A stretch of 64,000 nucleotides of DNA. It comes from Minisyncoccota bacterium. Its GTDB lineage: Bacteria > Patescibacteriota > Microgenomatia > PFEM01 > JAFGMK01. The first letter of the stretch is position 1. Each line of letters begins with the position of its first letter. The position numbers and the translations under genes were made by a program. Location: positions 1,115 through 65,114 of the forward strand of contig JAFGMK010000008.1 of NCBI GenBank assembly GCA_016927565.1, in the 5' to 3' direction. The notes below the pieces were generated by a model, which was given only the letters and a program-made list of their open reading frames with translations, made no database searches and was not told where the DNA came from. Of this stretch, positions 8,650-17,654 are shown in pieces.

Positions 8650-9576
8650 TTATTTTGAGCCCCAACTGTATTTAAATTCCTTTTTTGCCCATTTTTTCCA
8701 TGCTTCTGGATCGCTTGATCCTTTGGGCGCTTCTTCCTGTCCGTGTTTTCCTTTAGCAATAGCTTCTAATACTGAAAGGGCCATTTGCCGAATGACATCG
8801 GAATTATGAGTCAGAAGTTTTAAAATATGACTGTATAATTCAGATCCTGTCGCGCCATCTTCTCCGAATTTAAGTCTGTAGTGATAGCCATGTGTTTCTA
8901 TTACGTACTGGAAGAATTCAGCAATTCTCGAATTAGGATTACATAACAAGCAGTTTAAAATTGAGGCAATATATTCAAGGTGGTTCATTAAAAACAGGGT
9001 GCCTTGGTATTGAGACCACATCTCTTTATTTCCCCCTTGTCCCACATTCACGAGAATTTCTTTGAGGCGACTATTCATTTCAGGCCATTTTATCCCTTGT
9101 GAATCGGAGGCGTTTTTATGCTTAGTCGGTTGTTTACCGCGCCTCTGTGCTATAAGATGTTTAGAAAACTTCCAAAGTCCGTTCCATGGAAGCTTAATTT
9201 TAGGATGAAGCCGATCATGACTAATATTTGATGGGCGGTACCCCCTTAGGAGTAATCTAGCCAGATGTTTATCAATCCAGGCCTTACAAAACATTAACTC
9301 TGCTAAGTCTCTGGGTATTGGTATCCATTCACTTTGTTGACGCTCGCGGAGACCCATCGGAGATATGAAATTTTCGCAGGTGTCGTTTGGATTCCGAAAG
9401 ATACATTCCCAACAACATTTTTTTACTTTAATCCGACCGTAATTTTTATTTGGACTTTCTTCTAATAATTTACGCGTTTTTTCCAGTAGTTTGTTAAACT
9501 CATGTTCTGGCACCCATTCTTTGGCTTTCTTAACCATTTGTGCTAATTTTTTAGCGTCAGAATTTATCATATCCAC
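8650..9576 (-). CDS. Hypothetical protein with Cys cluster and C-terminal HEAT-like helix pair
   Basis: CCWECIFRNPNDTC...FC; C-terminal DVIRQMALSVLEAI...WKKW. Confidence 0.65.
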   Translation of the reverse strand: MDMINSDAKKLAQMVKKAKEWVPEHEFNKLLEKTRKLLEESPNKNYGRIKVKKCCWECIFRNPNDTCENFISPMGLRERQQSEWIPIPRDLAELMFCKAWIDKHLARLLLRGYRPSNISHDRLHPKIKLPWNGLWKFSKHLIAQRRGKQPTKHKNASDSQGIKWPEMNSRLKEILVNVGQGGNKEMWSQYQGTLFLMNHLEYIASILNCLLCNPNSRIAEFFQYVIETHGYHYRLKFGEDGATGSELYSHILKLLTHNSDVIRQMALSVLEAIAKGKHGQEEAPKGSSDPEAWKKWAKKEFKYSWGSK

Positions 9577-9579
9577 AAG

Positions 9580-10659
9580 TTATTTTATTGTAAGGCTTTC
9601 CAGAATTCGACTACCTTCAATACTTGTTTCTCCTAAATAAACAAAATACATCCGGTCTCCTTTTAGTATATAAACGTAATGGCCTTCTCCGTTCATTTCT
9701 GGCAGAGTAACTTGCCTGCCTATGGCATTTTTAATTGGAAAGTCTTGAGTTGGTTGCTCTTGTTCAGGACGTGTGCCAATTGATGGCCCGAAGTTATCTG
9801 GGTAAAAACCATATTGGCTATACCACGAATCAATACTTATCATATTGGAGTTATCGAATAACCAAATTCTCATGTGAGTTCTTTTATTTTTATCAACTAG
9901 TTTGATCCCATATAGAAACTTGGGTGGTTCATAACCCATTAAATTTATAAAATGGACCTTGATGCTACTATCTAAATTGCCTTCTCGACCATAGATTATT
10001 TCATCATCAGGTGCTACTTGATATTTATCTTCTGGATATCGGAAGGAAAAAGAGCAACTGTTATTCTTGTAGGTTTGCCATAAAGAGGAATCAATCTTTT
10101 CTTCAATAGTTGGAAAAGGCGAAGGTTTTATAGAAGAAGCTCGTTGACTTTTCAACCTAAAATCTCTTCCAAAGAACAACCAGAACAAAAGAACTAAAAA
10201 AGGAATAGTCAGAATTGCACCGATCCTCACCGGTCGATTTCTATGACGAATAAGTTTGCCTATTCCAATGCCAGTATAGCCACAGATAACAACGGCAAAG
10301 AATCCTAAAATACCACCCGCCCCAAAAGCAGGTTTTTCGGTCATGGCACTGTAGGTTTCGCCAATTATCATCAGGCCAATAAGCGCCGGGATTGCCCGAG
10401 CCCAAGAGATATCGCCACTCCGCCGAAAAGCAATCAGAAAAACAACACACGAAGCCAGAGACCAAGGAACCGCTTCTAAGTATGATAATTCTAATCCGAC
10501 CATGCCCCAAAAGAATGGAATTACTAACAATCCTCCGATAATAAAAATGCCAAGCATAAAGGGAAGATAATCTGCTTGTTTAAACAGGGCGTTCTTAACT
10601 ACTTTTTCTTCGGATAGATTGTGACTATTAGTATTGTTAGAAACAGATACTTGTTTCAT
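9580..10659 (-). CDS. Multi-pass membrane protein with C-terminal PsbP-like extracellular domain
   Basis: About 5 hydrophobic segments, then WQTYKNNSCSFSFRYP...ILESLTIK. Confidence 0.75.
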   Translation of the reverse strand: MKQVSVSNNTNSHNLSEEKVVKNALFKQADYLPFMLGIFIIGGLLVIPFFWGMVGLELSYLEAVPWSLASCVVFLIAFRRSGDISWARAIPALIGLMIIGETYSAMTEKPAFGAGGILGFFAVVICGYTGIGIGKLIRHRNRPVRIGAILTIPFLVLLFWLFFGRDFRLKSQRASSIKPSPFPTIEEKIDSSLWQTYKNNSCSFSFRYPEDKYQVAPDDEIIYGREGNLDSSIKVHFINLMGYEPPKFLYGIKLVDKNKRTHMRIWLFDNSNMISIDSWYSQYGFYPDNFGPSIGTRPEQEQPTQDFPIKNAIGRQVTLPEMNGEGHYVYILKGDRMYFVYLGETSIEGSRILESLTIK

Positions 10660-10662
10660 TTT

Positions 10663-11008
10663 TCACTTTCTCTCGGGTTGACTTTATCCAGTGCTTTCTT
10701 ACTGCTTCAGCGATTTCTTTCAATTCGCCATTTTTTAAGCTCTTGGTTGTCAAGATCAACGGTTTTGATTCGGTAATAGCCATAACGAGCTTGAAGGGCT
10801 AATACGATCCACATTGCGCCAAGGCCGGTAAAAAACGCGCCAGTAAAGGTGGGATTTTTCCCGCAGAGAGGCTAAATTTGTTTTTAAACTTGAGTAGGCG
10901 TTTGTCAGTTGCGTAATAGTCTGCCTTTCCGCAGGAGAGCTTTGAAATAGTTTTTTCTCTCTCTGGCAATTGTTTTTCGACCCATGCGGGAGTTTCGATT
11001 TTCTCTAT
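10663..11008 (-). pseudogene. Probable decayed small membrane-protein gene
   Basis: Strong SD AGGAGGTGA (11015-11023) followed by ATA instead of ATG; IEKIETPAWVEKQLPEREK... then a frameshift into AFFTGLGAMWIVLALQARYGYY. Confidence 0.5.
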
Positions 11009-11029
11009 AATATATCACCTCCTATCGCA

Positions 11030-12295
11030 TCACGGGCGTAATTTTTTATAATAAATTCCGCATTTCTCTGAATCCTTAGTATTCTTATATCTCTCATCGT
11101 CCCAAACAAGATGAACATTATTTTCTGAATCAATCGCTATTAAAGGAAATATAGAACCGTATTTAGCATTGGTTACTCTAATATCATCGTTTAGAGCCTT
11201 TCCGTTATTATCAAGCTTCTTGTAATAAATCTCGTAGTTAGTCGCCCCTGACTTAAATTCCTCTTCGTTTCTATCATCTCTCCACGCCAGGCAGACATTA
11301 TCGTTTGAATCAATCGCAATCGAAGGATCTCCGCAATAAATCTTTGCCTCAACTAATTTAATCTCGCCCGTCAAATCAACTCCGTCCTTGCCTAGTTTTT
11401 TATAGTAAATATCCCATTTTTTGGGTCTTCTATTATCCTGCCAGGCAATATGAACATTATCGCTGGAATCAAGAGCAATTGAAGGGCTTACGGCAGAAAA
11501 TCCTTCCGATATTTTGATGTCATCAGTCAGGCTATCTCCATTCTGATCCTGCTTTTTATAATAGATAACATCGTCGTTTCCCCAAACGAGGTGGATATTA
11601 TTGTTTGAATCAATGGCAATTAAAGGCCTTTCGCTGCTCCTCCCACCAGCCTTTCCTATTCTGATTTCACCACTTAAGTCGTTACCATTATTATCCAACT
11701 TCTTGTAGCAAGCCTCCTCACTGGAATTATCCACCCAAGCAATGTAAACATTATCATGTGAGTTAACTGCAATAGAAGGTGGTTGTATAATACTGGTGGT
11801 AGTTGCCACCTTGATCTCGCTACCCAGGCTATTGCCGTTATTGTCCAGCTTCTTGTAGTAAATTCCCATTACCTCATTTGACAAACCTTGCCACGCGATA
11901 TGGATATTGGTATTTGGATCAATCACCATTGAAATGTCATAGGCCTTATCGGTTGTGACTCTAACATTATCCACTAAGGGATTGCCGTTATTATCTAATT
12001 TTTTGTAATAAACTCCTGCCAGTTCGGGAATACTATTTGTTGCCACTATGTAAACATTGTCATTTGAGTCAAGTGCCATTGAGAATTCGCTTGAAAACCC
12101 ACCGCCGGTTAATACTCCAACCTCACCAGAAGGATGTACATTAGCTATCTGTTGCTTAATAGAGCCAATCACTCCTGGTTCTTCCGCGGCGGGAGTTTTG
12201 TCTGATTTTCGCACGAATCTAACTGCTAAAAAAGCTCCGGTTATCAAAATTATTAAAAATATCAATATCCCTAAATTTTTGGTATTTTTTCCCAT
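11030..12295 (-). CDS. Membrane-anchored 7-bladed beta-propeller-like protein
   Basis: N-terminal TM helix; seven roughly 50-aa repeats of SIAIDSNxNVHIAW...IYYKKLDNNG. Confidence 0.85.
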   Translation of the reverse strand: MGKNTKNLGILIFLIILITGAFLAVRFVRKSDKTPAAEEPGVIGSIKQQIANVHPSGEVGVLTGGGFSSEFSMALDSNDNVYIVATNSIPELAGVYYKKLDNNGNPLVDNVRVTTDKAYDISMVIDPNTNIHIAWQGLSNEVMGIYYKKLDNNGNSLGSEIKVATTTSIIQPPSIAVNSHDNVYIAWVDNSSEEACYKKLDNNGNDLSGEIRIGKAGGRSSERPLIAIDSNNNIHLVWGNDDVIYYKKQDQNGDSLTDDIKISEGFSAVSPSIALDSSDNVHIAWQDNRRPKKWDIYYKKLGKDGVDLTGEIKLVEAKIYCGDPSIAIDSNDNVCLAWRDDRNEEEFKSGATNYEIYYKKLDNNGKALNDDIRVTNAKYGSIFPLIAIDSENNVHLVWDDERYKNTKDSEKCGIYYKKLRP

Positions 12296-12298
12296 AAC

Positions 12299-13600
12299 TT
12301 ATTGTTTCTTTTTTGATTGCACAGATTTCCAAAAAATATCTTGGTGACCTGTACACAGGTATAAACCGATTTTATTGCCTTTTTCTTCTATATAGAAATC
12401 TGGTAAATCCGGTTGCTTTTTTTCGGGCAAGTTGCGCAGTTTAACAAAAAATATTTGTCCGTCTTCTTCTCTAACCACTTCTAGGTTGGGATGTTCAAAC
12501 CGGACAGTAAATACGCCCTTTATTATCATAAGTTTTGTTCCGAAGGGTGTTCTGAAAGCATCAGAGAGGTCAAGGTTTGCCATAGTCTTGTCATTTCGTG
12601 CCAGCAAAGAAAAAGAATTACGTTGGATATGCCGTTGCCAGTGATCATCCATGGCTTTAATTAACGGCATAAAGACTAAGGCCGGACAAAAAGGATAAAT
12701 TAATAACCAGACAGGATTCCATTTGAAATGCCCTTTCTCTTCCTCAAGCTGATGTTGGCCCCTCATTTTTTTCAAAATCTTATAGGTGCGGCAAACAACG
12801 TCATAGCCAAGAGTAAAGTAACTAGTCCAGCAATTCATAAATCCTGAGGCCCATCCTAAAGACTCAATCTCGTTACTATGCAGATAGGCCTCATCTAAAA
12901 AATTGAACCGTGCCCTTTTGCCAAAACCAAGGACAAAAGGACCCAGGGGCAGGGGAAGGAGAAACGAAAGAAAAAACGGGAGCCAGCCAATGATAGGGAT
13001 CCACATCCACCAATAAGTATCAATTTGGGTAGCGCCAATTAGTGGCTTAATATATCTTAAACACAATTTTCTGCTTTCTTTAGCTTCACCGAAGTCGGGA
13101 TCTATTTTCAAAGCATTATCGAAACATTTTAAACCTTCTTCGTGGTTGTTTAATTCTGCCAGGGCTTGCCCCTTATCCCACCAAGCAAGTTTTTCGAATG
13201 TCCCCGATTTTATTTCCAGTGCTTTATTAAAACACTCTACAGATTCCTGAGGCCTCCTGAGGTTGAATAGGGAATGCCCTTTAGTGTACCAAATGATGTC
13301 GTCTTTCCGAGTCAGTTCCGGATTCTTCTCAATAACCTTCTCACAACAGGCTAGCGCCTCTTCATGTCTACCCAAATTTGCCAAGCAATACCCCTTTTGA
13401 CTTAGAGCCAAAGCATTATCTGGGTTTAACTTTAGTACTTTCTCGTAACATTCCAGCGCTTCCTCAAATTTATGTTCCTTATATAGAGAAAATCCTTTGT
13501 CATGCCATTCTCTTGCGGTTAAGCCGTTTATTTGGTTTCTGGTCTTTGTTTTTCCAAACAACTTACCAAATATTTCCATCGAAAACATTTTACCATACAA
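12299..13600 (-). CDS. TPR-repeat protein with membrane domain
   Basis: TPRs (WHDKGFSLY...EEALECYEKVLKLNP; WYTKGHSL; WWDKGQAL) followed by hydrophobic WWMWIPIIGWLPFFL. Confidence 0.85.
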   Translation of the reverse strand: MYGKMFSMEIFGKLFGKTKTRNQINGLTAREWHDKGFSLYKEHKFEEALECYEKVLKLNPDNALALSQKGYCLANLGRHEEALACCEKVIEKNPELTRKDDIIWYTKGHSLFNLRRPQESVECFNKALEIKSGTFEKLAWWDKGQALAELNNHEEGLKCFDNALKIDPDFGEAKESRKLCLRYIKPLIGATQIDTYWWMWIPIIGWLPFFLSFLLPLPLGPFVLGFGKRARFNFLDEAYLHSNEIESLGWASGFMNCWTSYFTLGYDVVCRTYKILKKMRGQHQLEEEKGHFKWNPVWLLIYPFCPALVFMPLIKAMDDHWQRHIQRNSFSLLARNDKTMANLDLSDAFRTPFGTKLMIIKGVFTVRFEHPNLEVVREEDGQIFFVKLRNLPEKKQPDLPDFYIEEKGNKIGLYLCTGHQDIFWKSVQSKKKQ

Positions 13601-13701
13601 ATTTTGAATTCACCCAGCGAAGAAAAGCTATTGTGATAAACGAAAAGCCAATTTCGGAGACTAGGAGGATTTTAATCAATCTATTGGCCTCTCGAAGTGA
13701 T

Positions 13702-13861
13702 GTATATCAAAGTATATCACTCAAAAAACGAGATATTCCCTTTTTATAGTGTTCCATTTGTCTCACTTCGACTTCGCTCAGTGTTATAACATTTAGCCTC
13801 AGAATAAAACATTGGGAATTGTGAGTTATAATGACTAAAAGGTCCCAGACCGATCTGCTCA
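13702..13861 (+). repeat. Repeat A copy 2 (upstream of GNAT-2)
   Basis: Homologous to 5049-5184 with an insertion of about 24 nt. Confidence 0.85.
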
Positions 13862-14072
13862 AAAAAAGGCAGAAGAATTTTTTGTTCGTTATTAAAACCT
13901 AACGCAACCAATGAAGATTAAAGAGGCGCATAAATATATTAAAGTACACTGGAAAGTTTAGGGGAGTAGTGTAAAGAGTCTAGCTTAGTCAATTTTTCAG
14001 AAGCCGGGCTGAGGTTACGACGTTAAAAGTTATAAGGGCAATTGGACACCAGACCATGAAGATCGGCACTAT

Positions 14073-14468
14073 ATGATAAGAAAAGCCAAAGCATCTGATT
14101 CCAAAAAAATTGAGTCCCTAATGAAATCGGTTAGGGGTTTTTGGGATAAATCGTGGCGGAATAATGTCATTCAATCGGGAATAAAAGCTTCAAACGGCTT
14201 ATCTTTTGTTTATGAGGAAAATGGCAACATCTTAGGTTTTATTTGCGCACACGATTTGGGTTTCAGAGGCTATTTGAGCGAATTAATCGTGGCTTCCGGA
14301 AAACAACATCAAGGAATAGGGAAAAAACTGCTAGTAAAAGTAGAAAGCGAACTTAATAAAAGAGGATGCTGTGTTTTAATCTCTGATGTTTGGAAGGGCG
14401 CTAAAAGGTTTTATGAAAACTCCGGCTGGAGTGAGCCTGATGTGGTCTTGCTCAGGAAAAAATTATAG
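14073..14468 (+). CDS. GNAT N-acetyltransferase
   Basis: YLSELIVASGKQHQGIGKKLL; AKRFYENSGW. Confidence 0.9.
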   Translation: MIRKAKASDSKKIESLMKSVRGFWDKSWRNNVIQSGIKASNGLSFVYEENGNILGFICAHDLGFRGYLSELIVASGKQHQGIGKKLLVKVESELNKRGCCVLISDVWKGAKRFYENSGWSEPDVVLLRKKL

Positions 14469-14485
14469 TCATCTTTACAATTTAA

Positions 14486-14519
14486 AAAATAATTTCGAAT
14501 AGCGCTTATACTCGCCAGC
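14486..14519 (+). repeat. Repeat B copy 2 (downstream of GNAT-2)
   Basis: AAAATAATTTCGAATAGCGCTTATACTCGCCAGC matches 5750-5783. Confidence 0.7.
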
Positions 14520-14796
14520 CACATTGGGCGCCCCGGTGGCCCAGCTGCCTCGATTGCGCTCGTGATACTTGCTTTAAACTGCTGATTTATCACTCAAACA
14601 TTCGGGCCCTACTTTTGGTATCCCGGACATTCTGATTTTTTAGTTAGCGCAAATCACTCCTGCGAGATGGTCGCGAAGTCTATAATGGATTCCAGAATTC
14701 GGACACCGGCGTAAGATACCATTGATATGGTAAGTAATTGTCGGAGAATTTGCTAATGGACTAATAGTCATACTATGATGTATAAAAGAAAAGGGT

Positions 14797-17643
14797 ATGG
14801 ATTTAACCAAGAGGAAAATAATACTTTTAATCATCTTCTTAACAAGTTTTTTTACCTTTGTCGAATCTGTTTCCGCTCAAGCTTCTTCTGATTGGTATAT
14901 GGCCGGGGCTAATCAGCAAAGGACCAGCTGGGTTTCTGAAGAGGTAAAGGGATTTTTATCACCCCGCTGGTATGTGAATTTTCACCCCTGGATCAACACC
15001 AAAATTCAGCCGATTGGTTCTCACGGTTTGATTTATGTTTCTACTGCAAGAGGGCTTTACGCTCTGAATGCTAACAACGGGAATGTCGCTTGGGTTTATC
15101 CGACCGAGATGGCGTTAGGCCATTCACCGACAATTGTGGGCGATGTCTTGTATGTCGGCGGTTATGATAAGAAGATCCATGCGATCAGAGCGAATCCTAA
15201 TACCAGTTCTTTGCCTGTCGACAGTAAAACCGGCTACCGGATCAATAATCAGATTGTTTGGATTTTTAATGGCGGAGAGGCGGGTTTTGAAACTAATCCC
15301 CTGGTAGTTGACGGGTCAGTTTATGCGGGCAATCGTGATGGCTATTTTTATGCTTTGAATGCTTCAAACGGAAACTTGAAATGGAAGTATAAAACTAATG
15401 GTCCGATTCTCTTTTCTGCCGCCTATAAAGATGGGGTGATTTACCTGGCCTCAAACGATGCTCATGCGTATGCTTTGAATACTAACGGAAGCTTAAAATG
15501 GAAATCTGCCAAGCTGCCAATTGCCGGATTTTATTCATTTTGGCCGGTAGTTTATACTGACCATCAAAGCGGCCGGGATTATGTTATTTTTACTTCTGCC
15601 CACAATTACTTGGCCGACGGTTTCCTGCGAATCAACGAAGTTAAATTTGATTATACCGAATTAGTTGAAGTTTTTCACGCCCACGGTTGTACTCAAGAAA
15701 ATCAGCTTTGCAGTCCCCTGCGTAATGAGCCGTATCCCGGTGGTTGGGTTAGCGGCACGCAAACTATGGACTTGGGTTTCGTCAGTGATTATTTTACTCA
15801 AAAGCCTTACAGGAGAACTTATTTGGTTCTTCGTGTAAGTGACGGGGCTGATTATACTGCAGATGGATACCGGCAACCGCCGTTTCTTTGGGGTGGCAGT
15901 ACTCATAGCGGCAGCAAGTATCCTCCAATGGTGGGATCAGATAATGTCTTATACCAATATGCTAACTATCTGGGTGATCAATATATTGCTGAGGGCCGGA
16001 CGGTAGGCTGGAAATTTGGGACTTCAATTGTCAGTAGAATTGCCCAGTCAAGTAGCGCTATTGACGAACTTTATTCGGTCGCTGGCGGCGGTGATTTGTC
16101 TTATTTTCAACATTGGGAAAGCGAGGCGGGTGCCTTCAATTATGTCAATGGCGGAGAAGAAATCTACTATCAATATGGTGATAATTTTCCCTCAGGGTGC
16201 GGCAGAATGTATCCGGATTGGGTTGCTTATGGCAAGGAGAATGAAGATGGAGCGATTAATGGAGTTTATGGCGGCCCGCAAAGTCCGCCGATTCCTTACA
16301 ATGGGAAGGTTTATTTATTTAATAGCAATTGTCTTTTGGCTCTGGAGAGAGGCGGTTCGGCCAACTCCCCTCTAGCGACGATTCAGCCGGTTGAGAGTGA
16401 GCAGGACGGGCTTGTATTTAATGATGCCGTGCTTGAACAAAAACTCACAAATGAAATTCAAAAAATGATTGATTCCGGTCACTTGAGGCCGGGCTATCAT
16501 GGTTCTACTCAGGGCGACTGGATGATGGCAAGTGAGCATGACTATCTTAATCATTATTTTTCCAACCCCGGGGAAACTATCTATACCCTGCTTTTAGCTT
16601 TGGATGTTTTAAGAAGCAAGCCGATTGCCAATAATCTTAGGAATTACATTCAGCAGGAATATAATGCTTATCCGCCCCATAGTATTGCCCACATCGGCTG
16701 GAATTCCGGAGCGAAAAGAGAAGCCTATGATACGCTTCCCAATGTTCAATCGGCGATGAATAATTTTGGATCTTTGAGTTCTACAGGTAATCATTGGAGG
16801 CTTCCTCCGTTTTCAGTGTATGCTCTTTGGTTATACGCCAGAGAATTCGGCAATGCCAATCAAATTTTAAATCAGGTTCAGAATAAGCTTGATTCACCTC
16901 CGACCAATGACTTTGCAAACTATCCTTTTGTCCACAATGCTTATATTGCCGGCTACATCGGTTATTGCAAGCTGGAAGAACTAGCCAACACGGGCAGCAA
17001 TAATCAGGGAATTCCCCAAGGATGTTCGAAGCAAAGCACTCTCAATAATCTTTTAAGCTCAAGAGTCAGCGGTTTTGATAAGAATAATCATCTTACAGGA
17101 TGGCACGATTATTTTCGCGCCTTCACCGGTTCAAGAAATTTTATGTTCATGGTGCCGGAGCTGGCAGATTATATGAATCAGCATATTCTTGGCAAAGTCA
17201 ATGAAGCTGTTGATGAGTATAATTACTATATTCCCGGCTGGTTTGTTTCTAAATATGACAGTACTTTTGAAGAGGGTATGATTCAGTACCTTTATGATTA
17301 TCCCGCTCTTTTTCAGGCCAAAGCCTACATTCTTAAACAATCTCGAGAGGAATTAAGCAAGTATCTGGATGTCCCGGCATTTGAAAGAGGAGATCTCTTC
17401 TATATTCAAAACCTCATAGCGGCGATTAAAGCAAGTTCATCGTCACCGCCAGTCACTCCTACCCCCAGTTCATGTTCAGCCAATGTCAACAATGACGGTT
17501 CGGTCGGAATGCTTGATTTTCTTCAAGTAATTGGCGTTTGGGGAAACAGGGGAGCCCGACTGGTTGAAGATATCAATAATGACGGCAAAGTGAACATAAT
17601 TGATTTGGGAAGAGTGATAAAAGAGTGGGGGAGCAATTGTTAA
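14797..17643 (+). CDS. Secreted PQQ-like beta-propeller protein with C-terminal dockerin-like domain
   Basis: Signal peptide; WYMAGANQQRTSW; YALNAxxGxxxW repeats; PT linker; NVNNDGSVGMLDF and DINNDGKVNIIDL loops. Confidence 0.9.
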   Translation: MDLTKRKIILLIIFLTSFFTFVESVSAQASSDWYMAGANQQRTSWVSEEVKGFLSPRWYVNFHPWINTKIQPIGSHGLIYVSTARGLYALNANNGNVAWVYPTEMALGHSPTIVGDVLYVGGYDKKIHAIRANPNTSSLPVDSKTGYRINNQIVWIFNGGEAGFETNPLVVDGSVYAGNRDGYFYALNASNGNLKWKYKTNGPILFSAAYKDGVIYLASNDAHAYALNTNGSLKWKSAKLPIAGFYSFWPVVYTDHQSGRDYVIFTSAHNYLADGFLRINEVKFDYTELVEVFHAHGCTQENQLCSPLRNEPYPGGWVSGTQTMDLGFVSDYFTQKPYRRTYLVLRVSDGADYTADGYRQPPFLWGGSTHSGSKYPPMVGSDNVLYQYANYLGDQYIAEGRTVGWKFGTSIVSRIAQSSSAIDELYSVAGGGDLSYFQHWESEAGAFNYVNGGEEIYYQYGDNFPSGCGRMYPDWVAYGKENEDGAINGVYGGPQSPPIPYNGKVYLFNSNCLLALERGGSANSPLATIQPVESEQDGLVFNDAVLEQKLTNEIQKMIDSGHLRPGYHGSTQGDWMMASEHDYLNHYFSNPGETIYTLLLALDVLRSKPIANNLRNYIQQEYNAYPPHSIAHIGWNSGAKREAYDTLPNVQSAMNNFGSLSSTGNHWRLPPFSVYALWLYAREFGNANQILNQVQNKLDSPPTNDFANYPFVHNAYIAGYIGYCKLEELANTGSNNQGIPQGCSKQSTLNNLLSSRVSGFDKNNHLTGWHDYFRAFTGSRNFMFMVPELADYMNQHILGKVNEAVDEYNYYIPGWFVSKYDSTFEEGMIQYLYDYPALFQAKAYILKQSREELSKYLDVPAFERGDLFYIQNLIAAIKASSSSPPVTPTPSSCSANVNNDGSVGMLDFLQVIGVWGNRGARLVEDINNDGKVNIIDLGRVIKEWGSNC

Positions 17644-17654
17644 TTGCTTTATAA

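Noticed and set aside
13896-14040. Possible integron attC before GNAT-2 (ACCTAAC...GTT)
   Set aside because: No convincing complementary R/L boxes or hairpin, and no integron integrase
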